The notes under the pieces are model-generated. The model did no database searches. It was not told where the DNA came from and saw nothing but the letters and a program-made list of their open reading frames with translations. 64,000 bases of DNA from Octopus vulgaris. Its lineage: Eukaryota. The stretch spans positions 103,726,001 through 103,790,000 of the forward strand of contig OX597823.1 of assembly GCA_951406725.2 (NCBI GenBank), in the 5' to 3' direction. A program made the translations under genes and the position numbers. Positions 1-15,120 of this stretch are shown one piece after another; within the stretch, counting starts at the first letter, position 1, and each line of letters begins with the position of its first letter.

Positions 1-365
1 TTTACTATTCGGTACTGTTACTGTATATCTCCCACCGAGAGATTTAAAACAAGTTGTTTTTCTCTATACGAGATCAGCGACCCTGTGTCTTTAAATAATG
101 TATAGTGTTTGCGAATGTAGAAAGCTTTCATCAACACCCAGTAATTGTCTCACATTGAGGGCGGGTAAGCACCCAAAAACTATGGTCTGTGAGTATCACG
201 GAAGGCTGGAGATGGGACGGATGACCCCCCTAGCAAACACAATACGGGTACAGGCTGTGTCGATAGCCAGCTGGAAAAGATGATTTCTGGGTCTTAAACA
301 GCAATAACATCGTCCTTCATAGGACCACCACATTCTGTTGGCAAATAAACTTTACTATATTCATA

Positions 366-409
<44 letters not shown>

Positions 410-462
410 TATATAATATATATATTTGTATATGTTTGTATATATGTGTATGTATATGCATG

Positions 463-493
<31 letters not shown>

Positions 494-1712
494 GTATGTA
501 TGTATGTATGTACGTATGTAGAGGCTGTTTAAAATCTACGAGTAATGAGATACACCATCCATTAAGCTTGTCGTCGGATGACATGAAGTAAATTGATCAG
601 AATTTCTGAAGAATATAGATAATGGGGATTAAAGTGAAATCGGTCTTTTGAAGAAACTGGCAAGAGTATTGCACATTTTTCGGAGTTATTTGGTTTCATC
701 AGCGAAACATATTTTACTCGGTCGTAAAAACAAAGAATAAATACACACACACACACACACACACAAAAGCAAATCTTGTCTCAACAGTTTTTATCTCGCT
801 GCTTTTTCAGCCGTTGTTGTTGGCACTAAAGTCCGCCATTGGAGTTTAGAGCTTACTGCCCTTCGTTCGTCTCAAACAGCTGAGCAAAGTGCCATTGGAA
901 TCTGTCACGTATAAACCTCAAATAGTGTAACCCGCGCTGAGATTTTACTGAAACCATCAAGCACCTATACCACTGAAACCATCAAGTGACTGTCGTTCTC
1001 CCTGTGTCTAAGAGAGCGCATCTTAACTCTGACCTTATAACTTTAGTATTGTTGAAGAAATCGTCGTGCGCCATTATTGCCGTCACTATATGTTTAATGA
1101 AGCCTTTCGTAACCACATCGAGTTTTCTAACTTTTTCTAATTTACTGACTCACCACCTCTGCAATCTATTTGTCGTTTCTTCTATACCAAACCCTATCGA
1201 TTCTTGTTAAATCTTCATTAGAGTGCCTCGACACGGCTTGTTCACGATCATCCTTGTCATCACTGCCAAATCAGTCACCAAGACAGATTTTCACGCCAAG
1301 AACAACGCGGTCAGATTCCAGCAATCAGATCCCTGTCTATGCATTCTATGTAGGCCCATCATGAAGATCACAAATCTGTAGTCTGTGTTGATGATCAGTT
1401 GAAACTGCGTTCAACCTATGTCTTCATTATATCTATTAGCTGACCAAACGAATACCCTATCTGAATAGGATCTCATTTCCTCATGCAAGCGCTACTTTTC
1501 CCAGCGAATTTGCTGTGTCAACCTCAACCAGCAGCAGCAATATTAATAGTTGTTTCAAATATAGGTACAAGGCTTGAAATTTGGGGGAAGGAGGATTCAT
1601 GTTCTTTGAAAACGACTGGAACGACGATGGGAGAGATAAATAAATGTATGTCTGACGTCTGACTGTAAGAGTTATTGCACCATCACTTCCGGAACTTATA
1701 CATACATACATA

Positions 1713-1760
<48 letters not shown>

Positions 1761-1795
1761 CATAGATATATATATATATATATACATATACATAG

Positions 1796-1826
<31 letters not shown>

Positions 1827-2477
1827 CATAGATATATATATGCATACATACATACATACATACATACATACATACATACAAATGTATGTATGTATACACA
1901 CTCAACAGACATTCTGTGCTCGAGACGAAAATAAATAAATAAATAAAAACAAAACAAAATACTTTGTTACTTTAGTAAAAACCTTTCTTTAAACCTCTCA
2001 ACAGAATTTAACTGCTCTTCATCTTTAATAAATAAATTGGTTTTTGAAGGGTCGGGTGGATCTTTACAACCTCATCTTCTGCCAAGTTTTTTCACTGCTT
2101 CTGTAGTTTCATCCATTCTTTCTGGTTTGGAGGTCAGCCTTAATAGCGTGAGAAATTTAATTCGCTAGCTTTGCTAACCTATCACATGAAATTTGATAAA
2201 TATACGGTTCAAGAAGCCGTTACCAACTGAGATGTGCGTATTTGCATTTATGTGTGTGGGTGTATATGTGCCAGGTGTGAGTATGCGTGTGCATACGCCT
2301 ATGACATATGTATGTATACTCTCTCTCTCACACACACAATTATAAATAAGGGCAAAAGAAAAAATTGCTCTTATTTATAATTGTTTATAATTTTCACCTT
2401 AAAAGGTATTTTAATATGCTGGCCACTGATAAAATTTCTTTTGAAAAAAATGTTATCCTTATTATTAGAAGTGTATT

Positions 2478-2521
<44 letters not shown>

Positions 2522-2889
2522 CGGGAGAGAAAGTGAGGGCGAGGGAAAGAGAGAGAGGGGGAGAGAGGGAGAGAGAGGGAGAGAGAGAGAACAAAAGTTC
2601 CATCTAGCTCCGAAGGACGAGGGATTTATCGCTAAAAATGCAAAACCATACCGTAGCATTGCACCGGGTGGACTTCTGACCACATATGGAACTCACTTTG
2701 ATATATTTTTATGCAGAAAATCTACACACAGGCATTAGAATATCTATCATCCTAAATTGTGTGCATGAGCACACAATTTAGGCCTCATTAAACTCAGTAA
2801 ACACTAAAGTTAATTTTTAGTTGTGGAAAAAGATTTTTATGTCTTGTTCACACTAATAATTTTACATTGCCACATCAAAACAACACACT

Positions 2890-3195
2890 GCTTAACATTA
2901 GCTTCAAAGAAAGGAGCACTGAAACGGTGACTGAGAGTTCTATAGTGGTAAGTGCAAGACCAAGCTTTGGCCACAAATTGAGGGGTCAGCCTTTGAAATG
3001 AGTGTCTCTGCTGAGCCAAAATCTGTAAAAGAGTCGACGAAACCAATGCCCACACCATGAACGAATGCTCTCGACTTTCTCAAAACTATTAAAAATTATG
3101 GAGACACAGTGAAGTAGCGAAATGCTGCACTGGAAAGTGTGAAAAGTTGGGGTTAGAGAGAGACAAAAGATCGTCAAATTTAGCCCGAATAGCCT
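2890..3195 (+). mobile_element. Decayed R4/Dong-like LINE fragment (CCHC region)
   Basis: QDQALATN...KICKRVDETNAHTMNEC is homologous to the minus-strand copy at 60970-61170. Confidence 0.7.
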
Positions 3196-3231
3196 CTACA
3201 CACGCACGCACACACACACAAGCACACACAT

Positions 3232-3269
<38 letters not shown>

Positions 3270-3442
3270 ACACACGCGCACACGCACACAGGCACGCACA
3301 CACACATACACACAAGCGCGCACGCATGCACCCACATATGTATATCAGGCTTCGATTAATGTTGTTTTTTTCTCTTTGTTTCGTTTCAGTATTTCAGTTC
3401 TAGCTTTTGTGGAGATATTTCTGAATCGCATTCCTTCTCATT

Positions 3443-3497
3443 ATGATTAAGATCTTATTTATTGCCCTTCTGGGCTTATTATCAGTCTCAGCTCAAG
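3443..3497 (+). CDS. Collagen coding exon 1: start codon and signal peptide MIKILFIALLGLLSVSAQ
   Basis: ATG at 3443 with in-frame upstream TGA at 3422; basic-hydrophobic-small signal-peptide pattern; donor CAAG|gtaagt (phase 1). A pyrimidine tract with AG at ~3389 implies an upstream 5'UTR exon. Confidence 0.85.
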
Positions 3498-4190
3498 GTA
3501 AGTAATAATCTTTAAGCTATTCCCTCTGGTGCATAAATCTTCATTAAATATAACTAATTAGATTTAATTATCTTTCTCTATCTGTGGCTAAAATCCCGGT
3601 AGGATATCCTTGTGTGACCTTTCCTAACAGTTGAATGGCCAAGGTCATGATCTGTCCCATGTCTAAGGACGGTGAAATCTATGGAGTTGATGTAACCGAC
3701 ATATCCCTCTCCTAAGATTGCTGGCTCTGTGCCCCACCGAATCTCATCTTCACGCTCTGAGTTCAAATTCCTCCGAGGTTGACTTTGCATTTCATCCTTC
3801 GGGGTCGATAAAAAAGTACTGGGGTCAAGAACTGGGCTCGCGAAATTGCTGGCCTTGAACTAAAATCTGAAATCACTATATAAATATGGATAAATAAGGC
3901 ATATAATTAACTGCCTTCAGAGTCTACCTGCTGAAAAGACTCGTGATTCGTTTTCGTTTTACATGTATGCAATTATATTCTTGGAATCTCAACAGTCATT
4001 ATAACTATATATACTGTATACATGAATATATGCTGCATATGTATATATATATATATTTATATATATATATATATCACCGTGATCACCGTGACCGACCAGG
4101 CTATCAGATGTTGTTACACATCGCGGGTCACAATGCGCTTCGCATTGTTTTAGCCTTCAAATGACGCCACCTCGCTGGCTAAGCGAGCAG

Positions 4191-4261
<71 letters not shown>

Positions 4262-4272
4262 GTGTGTGTGTG

Positions 4273-4310
<38 letters not shown>

Positions 4311-4790
4311 CCTCGCTCATGTGTGTATTTATGTATGCATTCATGTATGTAAATATAATTATATATCTATACGTGTGTCTGTGTATGTGCATGTATATAC
4401 CTATGCATATGTATAAACACATATATGTGAGTGCATGTATGTATACCTATGTATTTCTATGTATGTATAAAGCTGTAATAGAATAAAATACGAACAGGTA
4501 GTCACAAGACGTCAAATGTTTTATAACATATTTATCGAGAAGTGAGAACAGAAGTCTATAAATTCAGCAGAAAGCCAACAGAATATCGAGGGTGAACGTT
4601 GATAGCGATTATATATTGACAGGTAAAAATCTAGAAAATTGATTCAGAAGTCTTCCTGTATACCTTCACTTAACAACGGCACTTATTATGTGTACCTTTT
4701 ATATTAACTTTCTTTTTTTATATATATAATATAGATATATACACTCATATAAATGTATGTATGTAAATGTTCGTGTATTTACAATCACAG

Positions 4791-4960
4791 ACGAAATAGC
4801 AATTTCCAAAGATGACGATGAGTATGAAGACACTAGCTCATTCGATGCCAAAGTCCGCATCAGCACAGAAAGAACATCGACTGGTAAACATAGAGTATAT
4901 GAAACAATCGATTTCGGTTCTGGAGAATTTTTTGATGGGTCTATTGCAGCGGAATTGAGA
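4791..4960 (+). CDS. Collagen exon 2: acidic non-collagenous N-terminus (DEIAISKDDDEYEDTSS...IDFGSGEFFDGSIAAELR)
   Basis: cacag| acceptor; phase 1 matches exon 1 (G+AC=Asp); donor AGA|gtaagt; lies within ORF 4757..4993. Confidence 0.85.
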
Positions 4961-4999
4961 GTAAGTCAAATAAGAAATTCATTCTTCATATAAGACATG

Positions 5000-5031
<32 letters not shown>

Positions 5032-5176
5032 GAATCTTATATACCATTCTGCTTTAGAAAAATTGATCTACAACTTCAATATCCCTACATATCTTACATT
5101 CATTTTCTTTCCACCACATCACCCTCTATCTTGTATCCTATCTAAATTAACTACTGCTTCACCATCCTCTCATACC

Positions 5177-5224
5177 GTCTCCGATGAAGGGATATATAAA
5201 ATTTCCTGGAAACAGCTGTAAGAC
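5177..5224 (+). ncRNA. Hammerhead-like motif, CCGAUGA core variant
   Basis: GUCU-CCGAUGA-AGGGA...UUCCU-g-GAAAC-AGCU-GUA-AGAC; palindromic ACAGCUGU. Confidence 0.6.
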
Positions 5225-5305
5225 ATTCTACCTATAAATGTTCTAATATCTACACAGCCTTAGTTTTTTTCATCTCATTACGCAAAAAATTCTTACATAT
5301 ATATA

Positions 5306-5520
5306 TATCTATACAATATGTTACATTACTCGGTAGTCAAGATAAAACTCTGAGTTTCAGATGCCGAAGTGGAAATCCACAACACCATCTCTTCGGTTAT
5401 CTGGCTATTTCCAGATAATAGCCAGATAACCGAAGAGATGGTGTTGTGGATTTCCACTTCGGCATCTGAAACTCAGAGTTTTATCTTGACTACCGAGTAA
5501 TGTAACATATTGTATAGATA
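5306..5520. repeat. Perfect 104-bp inverted repeat with 7-nt loop
   Basis: 5306-5409 is the exact reverse complement of 5417-5520 (checked base by base). Confidence 0.97.
5424..5486 (+). ncRNA. Hammerhead-like motif, CCGAAGA variant (mirror copy on minus strand at 5340-5402)
   Basis: AGAUAA-CCGAAGA-GAUG...CAUC-u-GAAAC-UCAGA-GUU-UUAUCU; 6-bp stem I. Confidence 0.6.
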
Positions 5521-5588
5521 AATTTCCTCTATTTACATAATATTGAGGTCTCTTTCTTTCTTTTGTTATCTTACGTTTTATCAATATA

Positions 5589-5659
<71 letters not shown>

Positions 5660-6033
5660 TACTCCTTATCACTCACAACGTTCCAAGCTGTAGTCTTTTT
5701 CAGTTATTCGTTCATTCATTCTTTCATTGAGCCTCATTTCATCCTTTCAGTCTTGCAAACTGACTCTTTCAGCACTCTTCTATCCTTCCATCCATCCCTC
5801 TGTTCATACGTATACATCTTCAGACTTTGCCTGAATTTCGAACTTACCTCTGAAGGTTACATTCATTAGCATTTTCCAATATAAAGCTTGATGTATTCAA
5901 AGTCTTTTAGTAATAAATACTTATGTAAACTTAAAATATTTTAGTTTCTATATTGTAAAATATTCTTTTAATTCTTTAAACCCATGTATGTTTGAAATAA
6001 ATTAAACACAAAATATTTGCTTTTTAATTTCAG

Positions 6034-6084
6034 TCTTCTGAAGACACTTGTTCAACTCCTTGCCGCTGTCGAGCTGGACCTATA
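6034..6084 (+). CDS. Collagen exon 3: SSEDTCSTPCRCRAGPI (Cys cluster preceding the helix)
   Basis: tttttaatttcag| acceptor, ATA|gtaagt donor, 51 nt, phase 0-0; ends in the first Gly-X-Y triplet. Confidence 0.85.
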
Positions 6085-6172
6085 GTAAGTGTTCCGTATT
6101 TGTATTTCAACAATTTTCACTTCACTTTAGTATATCTGTTCGTTTCTGTGACTCCATATTATTATTTTGTTA

Positions 6173-6405
6173 GGCGTCGAGCTGGCAGAAACGTTAGGAC
6201 GCTGGGCAAAATGCTTATTGGTATTTCGTCAGTCTCTACGTTCTGAGTTCAAATTCCGCCGAGGTCGACTTTGCCTTTCATCCTTTCGGGATCGATAAAT
6301 TAAGTACCAGATACGCACTGGGGTCGAGATAATCGACTTAATCCGTTTGTCTGTCCTTGTTTGTTCCCTCTATGTTTAGCCCCTTGTGAGCAAAAAGAAA
6401 AAAAA
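6173..6405 (+). mobile_element. tRNA-derived SINE family A
   Basis: ggcg.cgagctggcagaaacgttag...gagttcaaattcc (B-box)...gtcgactttgcctttcatcctttcggg.tcgataaa; A-rich tail; attattttgt on both sides (TSD). Confidence 0.9.
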
Positions 6406-7086
6406 ATTATTTTGTCAGTACATAACGCTTATCTTACACCTCTGAGGTATGTGGTAATGACCTGACTGATTAAGTTTTGTCTTTACTGTCGAGGAACTAT
6501 TCCATCCCTAACATACTGATGTTATATTCTTCTTCCACGTGCTTCATTGCAATGAAGATAGACAAGAGAAGATTGAGGGACGGAGATAAATTGATAAGAA
6601 AGAGGAAAAGCTAGTGCGAAAGATGGAGAAACGCAATGAAGCAAAACGCAATGTACCAAAACATGAAAATGGTCTCCGAATACAGAGACACTTATGCGAC
6701 ACTCACGGAGCACCCAAAGATATAAATACCCGTGAGCACTACAACTACAACAGCATTTCCAAATCATTATCTCTCTCATCCAGTAATCAATAATCAAACT
6801 TGCCCCAAATACTGCGCTATGTTACTTCAATGACAAATAGCAGAGACCCAGCAACTGATCTTGTACATCTTAAATGCTTCTGCTGTAGCCTCCAATAAAA
6901 CCCACAGGCATACAAAATGCGTCTATGCTCAAAATAAAATACTTCTGAACTGTCATATTCCACATGATACGGATCATCACTGTCGATCAACTTCCTGCAT
7001 GACATAAGCCAATTGACACAGAGCTTAGAAGAAAATACAAAACTCCAACAACTATAACAACATATATATGTATATATGTATATTCC

Positions 7087-7121
<35 letters not shown>

Positions 7122-7356
7122 AAATATATATAAAAATACAAAATGTGAGAAGAACGCAAAACATTCAGACGATACAAAAACGGACGGGTCATTCGAAGCC
7201 TCTAAGCTTCAGTCAAGAACCGGATCATCCTTGCAATTTCGGCTGATTAATCTTGAGATTGCTCCGATCTAACCAGCCCCAAGGAAAAACTAAGCTACGA
7301 GCATTAAATTTCTTGGAAAAAGGATCCAATGTATACGAAACAAGGACATATATATG

Positions 7357-7402
<46 letters not shown>

Positions 7403-7659
7403 CTGTATAGAGGAGAACATGAGTACTTCACACGTGTAGAATATGTGTATTTATTAATTCGAAATTGATGCGTGCTTCTGTATTTCGCTGAGTTGCTCAC
7501 ATGCGTGTGTTCGTTCATAGAAAGATAGATAGATAGATAGATGGATAGATAGATGGATAGATAGATAGATGGATAGATAGATAGATAGATAGATGGATAG
7601 ATGGATAGATAGATAGATAGATAGATAGATGGATATATAGATAGCTAGATAGATAGATA

Positions 7660-8640
7660 TGTTTCTTTATTAGCCACACAGGGCTGCACACAGACGGGAC
7701 AAATTACAAGGTAGAGCTTTTCTTTTGGGGGATAAAAATAAGAGGGTTTGGCTTTCGATCAAAAAGGATAGTAAAAGGAAAGAAAGAGGAAAGCAAATAA
7801 AGGTGGGGGGGGGGAATAAAAGTGAAAAGAAAAAATCGATCAATAGGGATCGTTATCACAGAAATGTCAATATAAAGTGTAAAGGGGAGGACAGGTGAGG
7901 TTTACCCGCGGAAAGAAAAGCCTACGGAAAAGACCACGGTAACCTCGGTCAATGAAGTCACATGTTATATTTATTTATTTTATTTTTTTTTTTGCAAATA
8001 AGCAACTCTCTGTATTAATTTTTACGGTTCATAGGATCATGGTTAAGGTGGCTTCGTCATTCATACGTGCCATCCTTGCTACATTCACCCATCTTTTTTT
8101 AAAACATTCACTAGACAAAATTTACCTCTCTACTCTCACTTTCCTTTTCAAGTGATACATGAAGAAGTTGATGAGAGATTGACCAGAGAGGAAAGTGTTT
8201 GTCTCTAATCCTTTCAGGTGTGTCAACCAGATACATTCTTTCGCCATAGCCACAAGTATGATAAAAATAGCTCTTCCTTCCCGTTTGAAGGAAGGAGGCG
8301 TGACGATATTAACGATAGACTCGGCTGATAAACCGACACGTCCCACACGTGACAGCAGTCGTTCGACATAAGCCCACAGGTCGGAGATTGTTGGACACTG
8401 CACGAGTGCGTGCAGAATGGTTTCGTCGCTGTTTCTCGAGCCATGCCTATAGAGCTTGTCCCGAACGGGTAGCGCTTCTCGGTAGCACTGCCAGGCCAAG
8501 GATCTCTGGAAGTTGTCCATAGGTCCCGGCCCGAAAGTCGTCTCAAACAGGCAGGTCAGGTATTCCTCGTCGACGCCCAGATTCGCCCCAAGATCCTCGT
8601 CGTACCTCCCCTCCACTAATCCCCTATAGAATGCTTGTGT
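7660..8640 (-). mobile_element. 5'-truncated L1/Tx1-clade LINE 3' end inside a (GATA)n tract
   Basis: ORF 8122..8784 has zf-RVT-like AWQCYREALPVRDKL...DETILHALVQCP; 3'UTR ending AATAAAGAAAC; (GATA)n on both flanks. Confidence 0.8.
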
Positions 8641-8809
8641 TAGATAGATAGATCGATAGATAGATAGATAGATGGATAGATAGATGGATAGATAGATGGA
8701 TAAATAGATGAAGAGATAGATGGGTAGATAGATAGATAGATAATTCAGACAAATAGAGAAAGTGAAAGTGAGTGTAGCACACATAATGGAGGGAAAATCA
8801 GAGAGAGCG

Positions 8810-8866
<57 letters not shown>

Positions 8867-9746
8867 GATAGAGAAAGAGAGGAGGAAGAAGCGGAGGAGA
8901 TGAGGGCGTCAATTACACAGTTATAAAAGGAAAAAAATTGCTTTTATTTAAAAATTCGTATACATTTTGTCATCTTGTACAAGCACCAAGAATTTGGACA
9001 AAAAGTTAAATTACAACAATTGTACGTATGCCATATTTCCTGTCATATAATATATTCTTGGTGGTAAATGCATTCTTCAAATGTCACGTCATGTAACAGA
9101 CAACATCGAAATACAACCATAAGGAATGAAAAATAGGTACTCTTAAGAAACTTGCTTGGTTTCTGGTTTAGTGTCACTGTTCGGTGCTTTGGGCAGCTGC
9201 CCTCCACTATAGCTCCGAACTGACCAATGCTTTTTGAAAATTGTTGGCAGAAATTGAGTGGAAGTCCGTCGTGTGTGTGTTATTGGGTGTGTGTGCTTGT
9301 ATCCCTCAGGACCGCTTAACAACCACTTCTTGGCTTGCTTACCTGTACGCAATAGTTGTAGACTTTAAAAAGTAAGTACTGAAGTCGATTGGTTAGAGTG
9401 AAGCACTTCAAGGTATTGCCTTATCGTGGCCGCTGTCCAATGATTGACAGAAGTAAGAAGAAAAAGAAGGAAAGAAGAAAAGGAAAACCAAATAAAGATT
9501 TTGAAAACCTCGTTAAATTTTTAAGAAACCTTCGTTTCAAAGGGACTGTCAATTTTAATGAATAAATACGATTTTATCTCTAAAAGGGAAATTTAGAGCT
9601 GAGGCTTCTAAACGAAAGATTAACGATTATGCTGACGTATATAAAAACAAGGAAATGAATAGATGTGCAGAGAAAAGAATTATAAAATATATACGCAAAT
9701 GCATGTACACACATGCACACAAACATGCACAAATACATTCACACAC

Positions 9747-9788
<42 letters not shown>

Positions 9789-9815
9789 AATATATGCATA
9801 TATAGTCGAAAACAT

Positions 9816-9847
<32 letters not shown>

Positions 9848-9882
9848 GTTTATATATATATATACATTTATATATATGTATT

Positions 9883-10201
<319 letters not shown>

Positions 10202-10356
10202 AGTTTATACATGTATGTATATATATATATACATTTATACATGCATATATATATATATATATGTATATATATATGCAAACTCATTCACTCTCACCCACCC
10301 ATAACCGATCTTACTGAATATAGTATTGTCATTTTAGTTTGGTGCAACACAACTTG

Positions 10357-10402
<46 letters not shown>

Positions 10403-10540
10403 TGTATGTATGTATGTATGTATATATATGTATGTGTGTGTGTGTGTGTGTGTGTATTACTTGTATTCATCGTATCAGTTTGAATCCTCGCAAGACTCTT
10501 ATGAACGTTTGCTTTAATATGCCACACCCACATATATGTG

Positions 10541-10583
<43 letters not shown>

Positions 10584-10980
10584 GTACATGCATTTATGCA
10601 ATATGTACATGTAGATGTTTGAATATCGAGTAACTAGGCCAACTTGTTCCCACCGCTATAGTATGTCTTGTAAGCAATTTAGCAGTGAATGTTAGCTATT
10701 GTAAAGGAACATACGTCACCGAATATATAAAACATTTAGTTAACCAACGTTTTCGGCAAAGACTGTTTGATGACGATATCGTACAGAAAAATGCCGAAAT
10801 GACAATATCTTCTCGACTTGAAGTATTTTACTTGCTTCTCGTTTCAATAATTTCTTCGGTATACGTGTTCTTTAGTTTTGTTTGTGTTGGCTGCAGTTAC
10901 AATATATGGCTAATGTGTACGTGCATACATAAATGCATGCAAATATGTGTATACAAGGTTAACTGTGTATGTGTGAATCA

Positions 10981-11217
10981 AGGCGGCGAGCTGGTAGAAA
11001 CGTTAGCACGTCGGGCGAAATGCGTAGCCGTATTTCGTCTGCCGCTACGTTCTCAGTTCAAATTCCGCCGAGGTCCACTTTGCCTTTCATCCTTTCGGGG
11101 TCGATAAATTAAGTACCAGTTACGCACTGGGGTCGATATAATCGACTTAATCCGTTTGTCTGTCCTTGTTTCCACCCTCTATGTTTAGCCCCCTGAGGGT
11201 AGTAAAAAAAAAAAAAA
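10981..11217 (+). mobile_element. SINE family A
   Basis: Full-length match to the 6173 copy with poly(A) tail. Confidence 0.9.
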
Positions 11218-11314
11218 TATATATATATATATGTGAATCTGTGTGTATAAACATATAGCATTGTGTTCTGGACAATACGTACATTGAGTTCTACACTAGG
11301 TTATTGGTCTCGTT

Positions 11315-11690
11315 AGGCGTGGTTGTGTGGTAAGAACCTTGCTTATGATTCTGGGTTTAGTCCCAGTGCGTAGAACCTTGAGCAAGTTTCTTCCACTATA
11401 GCTTCGGACCGACTAAAGCCTTGTGAGTGGATTTGGGAGGTGGAAACTGAAAAAGCCCTTTGAATATATGTGTGTGTGTCTTTGTATCTGTGTTTGTCCT
11501 CCCACCGTCGCCTGACAACCGATTTTGGTGTGTTTACGTTCCAGTAACTTAGTGGTTCGAAAAAAGCGACAGATAGAATATGTACTAGGCTTACATAGAA
11601 TAAGTCCCGTGGTCGATATTTTCGACTAAGACCCTTTAAGGCGATGCTCCAGCATGGCTGCAGTCAAATCATTAAAACAAGTAAAAGAAA
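11315..11690 (+). mobile_element. tRNA-derived SINE family B
   Basis: ggcgtgg.tgtgtggtaagaa...aaagccttgtgagtggatttgg...; reverse copies elsewhere in the window. Confidence 0.8.
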
Positions 11691-12316
11691 AATGTCTATC
11701 TATCTATCTACACGCGCACACACATTCCTGTCCGTTTTAAAGCGGCCATATCCAATCCAGATATCTTATGTTCAAACCAGCCAGATCGAACTTTCACGCC
11801 TACAGCACTGCGTCATTAAAAAAAAAGAAAGAAAATACACAATCACGTGTTCGAAATCTCAGAACAACGTGGCAATGCATGATTAATTGAAAATTATGTG
11901 AATAAATAAGCATTACATTTGACAGTAATCTAAATGATTGAGAGTTAAGAGCACAATACAATGATAATCAATGGATATGTTGGAAAATTAATTGTTGAAA
12001 CCGGTGCGAGTTCTATCCATAAATATATTTGAGTGTATTCGACACTAGATCATCGCTGGTTAGGATTTTCTGGCCACTGCTATCATTCTGACCACAAGGT
12101 CATATCGGATATAAAATTTTAGAGGCTAACAATCGTTCCTTTACATTAATATTACTATGAGCGGCACAACAAGAAAACTGGGGACGTACAGAAGCTAATG
12201 GAGACAACCGTTTCTTGCGCCGCTTAGTGAAATGCATCGTGGTTGCAATAGGAGAGAGAGAGAGAGCGGGAGAGAGAGAAAGACAAAGAAAGAGAGAGAG
12301 AGAGCGGGAGAGAGAG

Positions 12317-12348
<32 letters not shown>

Positions 12349-13008
12349 CGGGAGAGAGAGAGAGATAAAAGCTAGACATACTCATACATACATGCTTGCA
12401 CACACGCGTACACACATGTATGTGTATGTATATAAAGTTAATAGATGCGCTCGGGAGAATCTATATTCAAAACAGTGCTCAAATGATTTGGACTTACATT
12501 CCAAAATCTTTAACGACGACCAAGTCTTTGAGTAAAGAACAGCTATGAGGAGAATCCAAGTGAGCAGATATGGAGACCATGATGCAAATAAACAGATAAA
12601 ATTCCTTAGGTTTGATGTACAGGATATATATACATGTATACATGTAAATGAAGAAAAGGTAAACACCGAAAGACTTTCAGAGGATTAACAGTCAAGTATA
12701 AATAAATATATATATTTATATATTAATGGAACGAACTTACTCATATTACATAGACTCAGAAGATTAGAGGGTGGACGGTCTGGCGTTACAATTTTTTTGC
12801 AACGTTTGTTTCCAGTACTGGTTGCAAATTATTTGGTTAATTACATCTCCCAACATCACGAAGTAAGTCCAATCTCACAGAAACAGCAGTCGAAACTTGT
12901 AACACCTTGCCTTCTCTTCTCTAATCCATTGAGTCATGTAGCATAAGTATGTTCTGTTAATATATATATGTATATATATGTATGCATGTATATATATATA
13001 TGTGTATG

Positions 13009-13059
<51 letters not shown>

Positions 13060-13132
13060 GTACCTATGTCAATATATATATATGCATATATATATGTGTA
13101 TATATATGTATATATATATGTGTATGTATATA

Positions 13133-13212
<80 letters not shown>

Positions 13213-13215
13213 ACA

Positions 13216-13403
13216 ATTGCAGCGTGGAAGGTGTTTATAAGCCATTTAAGAAACACACAAAAGCCGTTCGATTCACTTCAACACAGGTCGTGGTCTTAAA
13301 GCGACGAAAATATATTTTGACAAATTAAACTTAAATGTTGAAGTGAATCGAACGGCTTTTGTGTGTTTCTTAAATGGCCTACAAACACCTTCCACGCTGC
13401 AAT
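13216..13403. repeat. 68-bp inverted repeat (2 mismatches, 52-nt spacer) in a (TA)n-flanked cassette
   Basis: 13216-13283 vs 13336-13403; same repeat family recurs inverted at ~34355-34420. Confidence 0.9.
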
Positions 13404-13462
13404 ATTTTCGTTTCAGCACACGATCTCAGATCAAATCACTTGCTATGCAGGTACATCTCCCA

Positions 13463-13497
<35 letters not shown>

Positions 13498-14316
13498 TAT
13501 ATATATGTATAAAAAATAAAAAATGGGACAAGAACGCAAAACATTTTGATGACGACACAAAAAGTGAAGAACCGGATCATCGTCGCAATTTCGGCTGATT
13601 AATCTTGAGATTGCTCCGATCTGCCCAGCCCCAAGGAAAATCTAAGCTAAGCGCATTAGATTCCTTGGAAGAAAGCTTCGAATGTATACAGAACAAGGAC
13701 AGAAAAACGGGCGATGTTACACGAATAAGAATACAAAAATACGTAAAAACAATAATGATAATAATAATAACAAAAACAGGACATCACGAACAGGCGTCTT
13801 TCGACTAGGACGAATTAAGCTTATTTGGCGTGTTAGGAATGTGCCTTGGGGCAGAGAAAAAAATGTTGGTGTTACCACGACGGCTGCTATATTCAAAAGG
13901 CCAGCAGTCGGTCAGTCAGTCACGTGTGAAGAGAAGAGAGAGGAAAAGAGGGACAGAGGAATCAAGGAGGGGAGAAGAGGGAGAAAAAGAGGAACAAGGA
14001 ATTAAGGAGGAGGAAAAGAGAGAGCGAGAAAAAGGGACAGAGACAAAGTGAAGTGCAAAGAAGGGCAAAGGAATGTAGGAAAGGGGGAGAGAGACAGTGT
14101 TGAGTCGTACCGAGTTTAGAGAAATGTGTAATTACATATAAGAGAGAGGATACGTACGCCGCTATATGTATATGTATAAAAAATACAGACTGGGACAAGA
14201 ACGCAAAACATTTTGATGACGGCACAAAAAACACGGACGGGACATTCGAAGCTTTCAATCTTCAGTCAAGAACCGGATCATCCCCACAATTTCGGCTGAT
14301 TAATCTTGAGATTGCT

Positions 14317-15120
<804 letters not shown>

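Noticed and set aside
6520-7060. Non-repetitive-looking stretches (also ~1-350, ~1000-1400, ~27330-27990)
   Set aside because: Probably decayed transposon sequence, but I could not identify a motif, so left uncalled.
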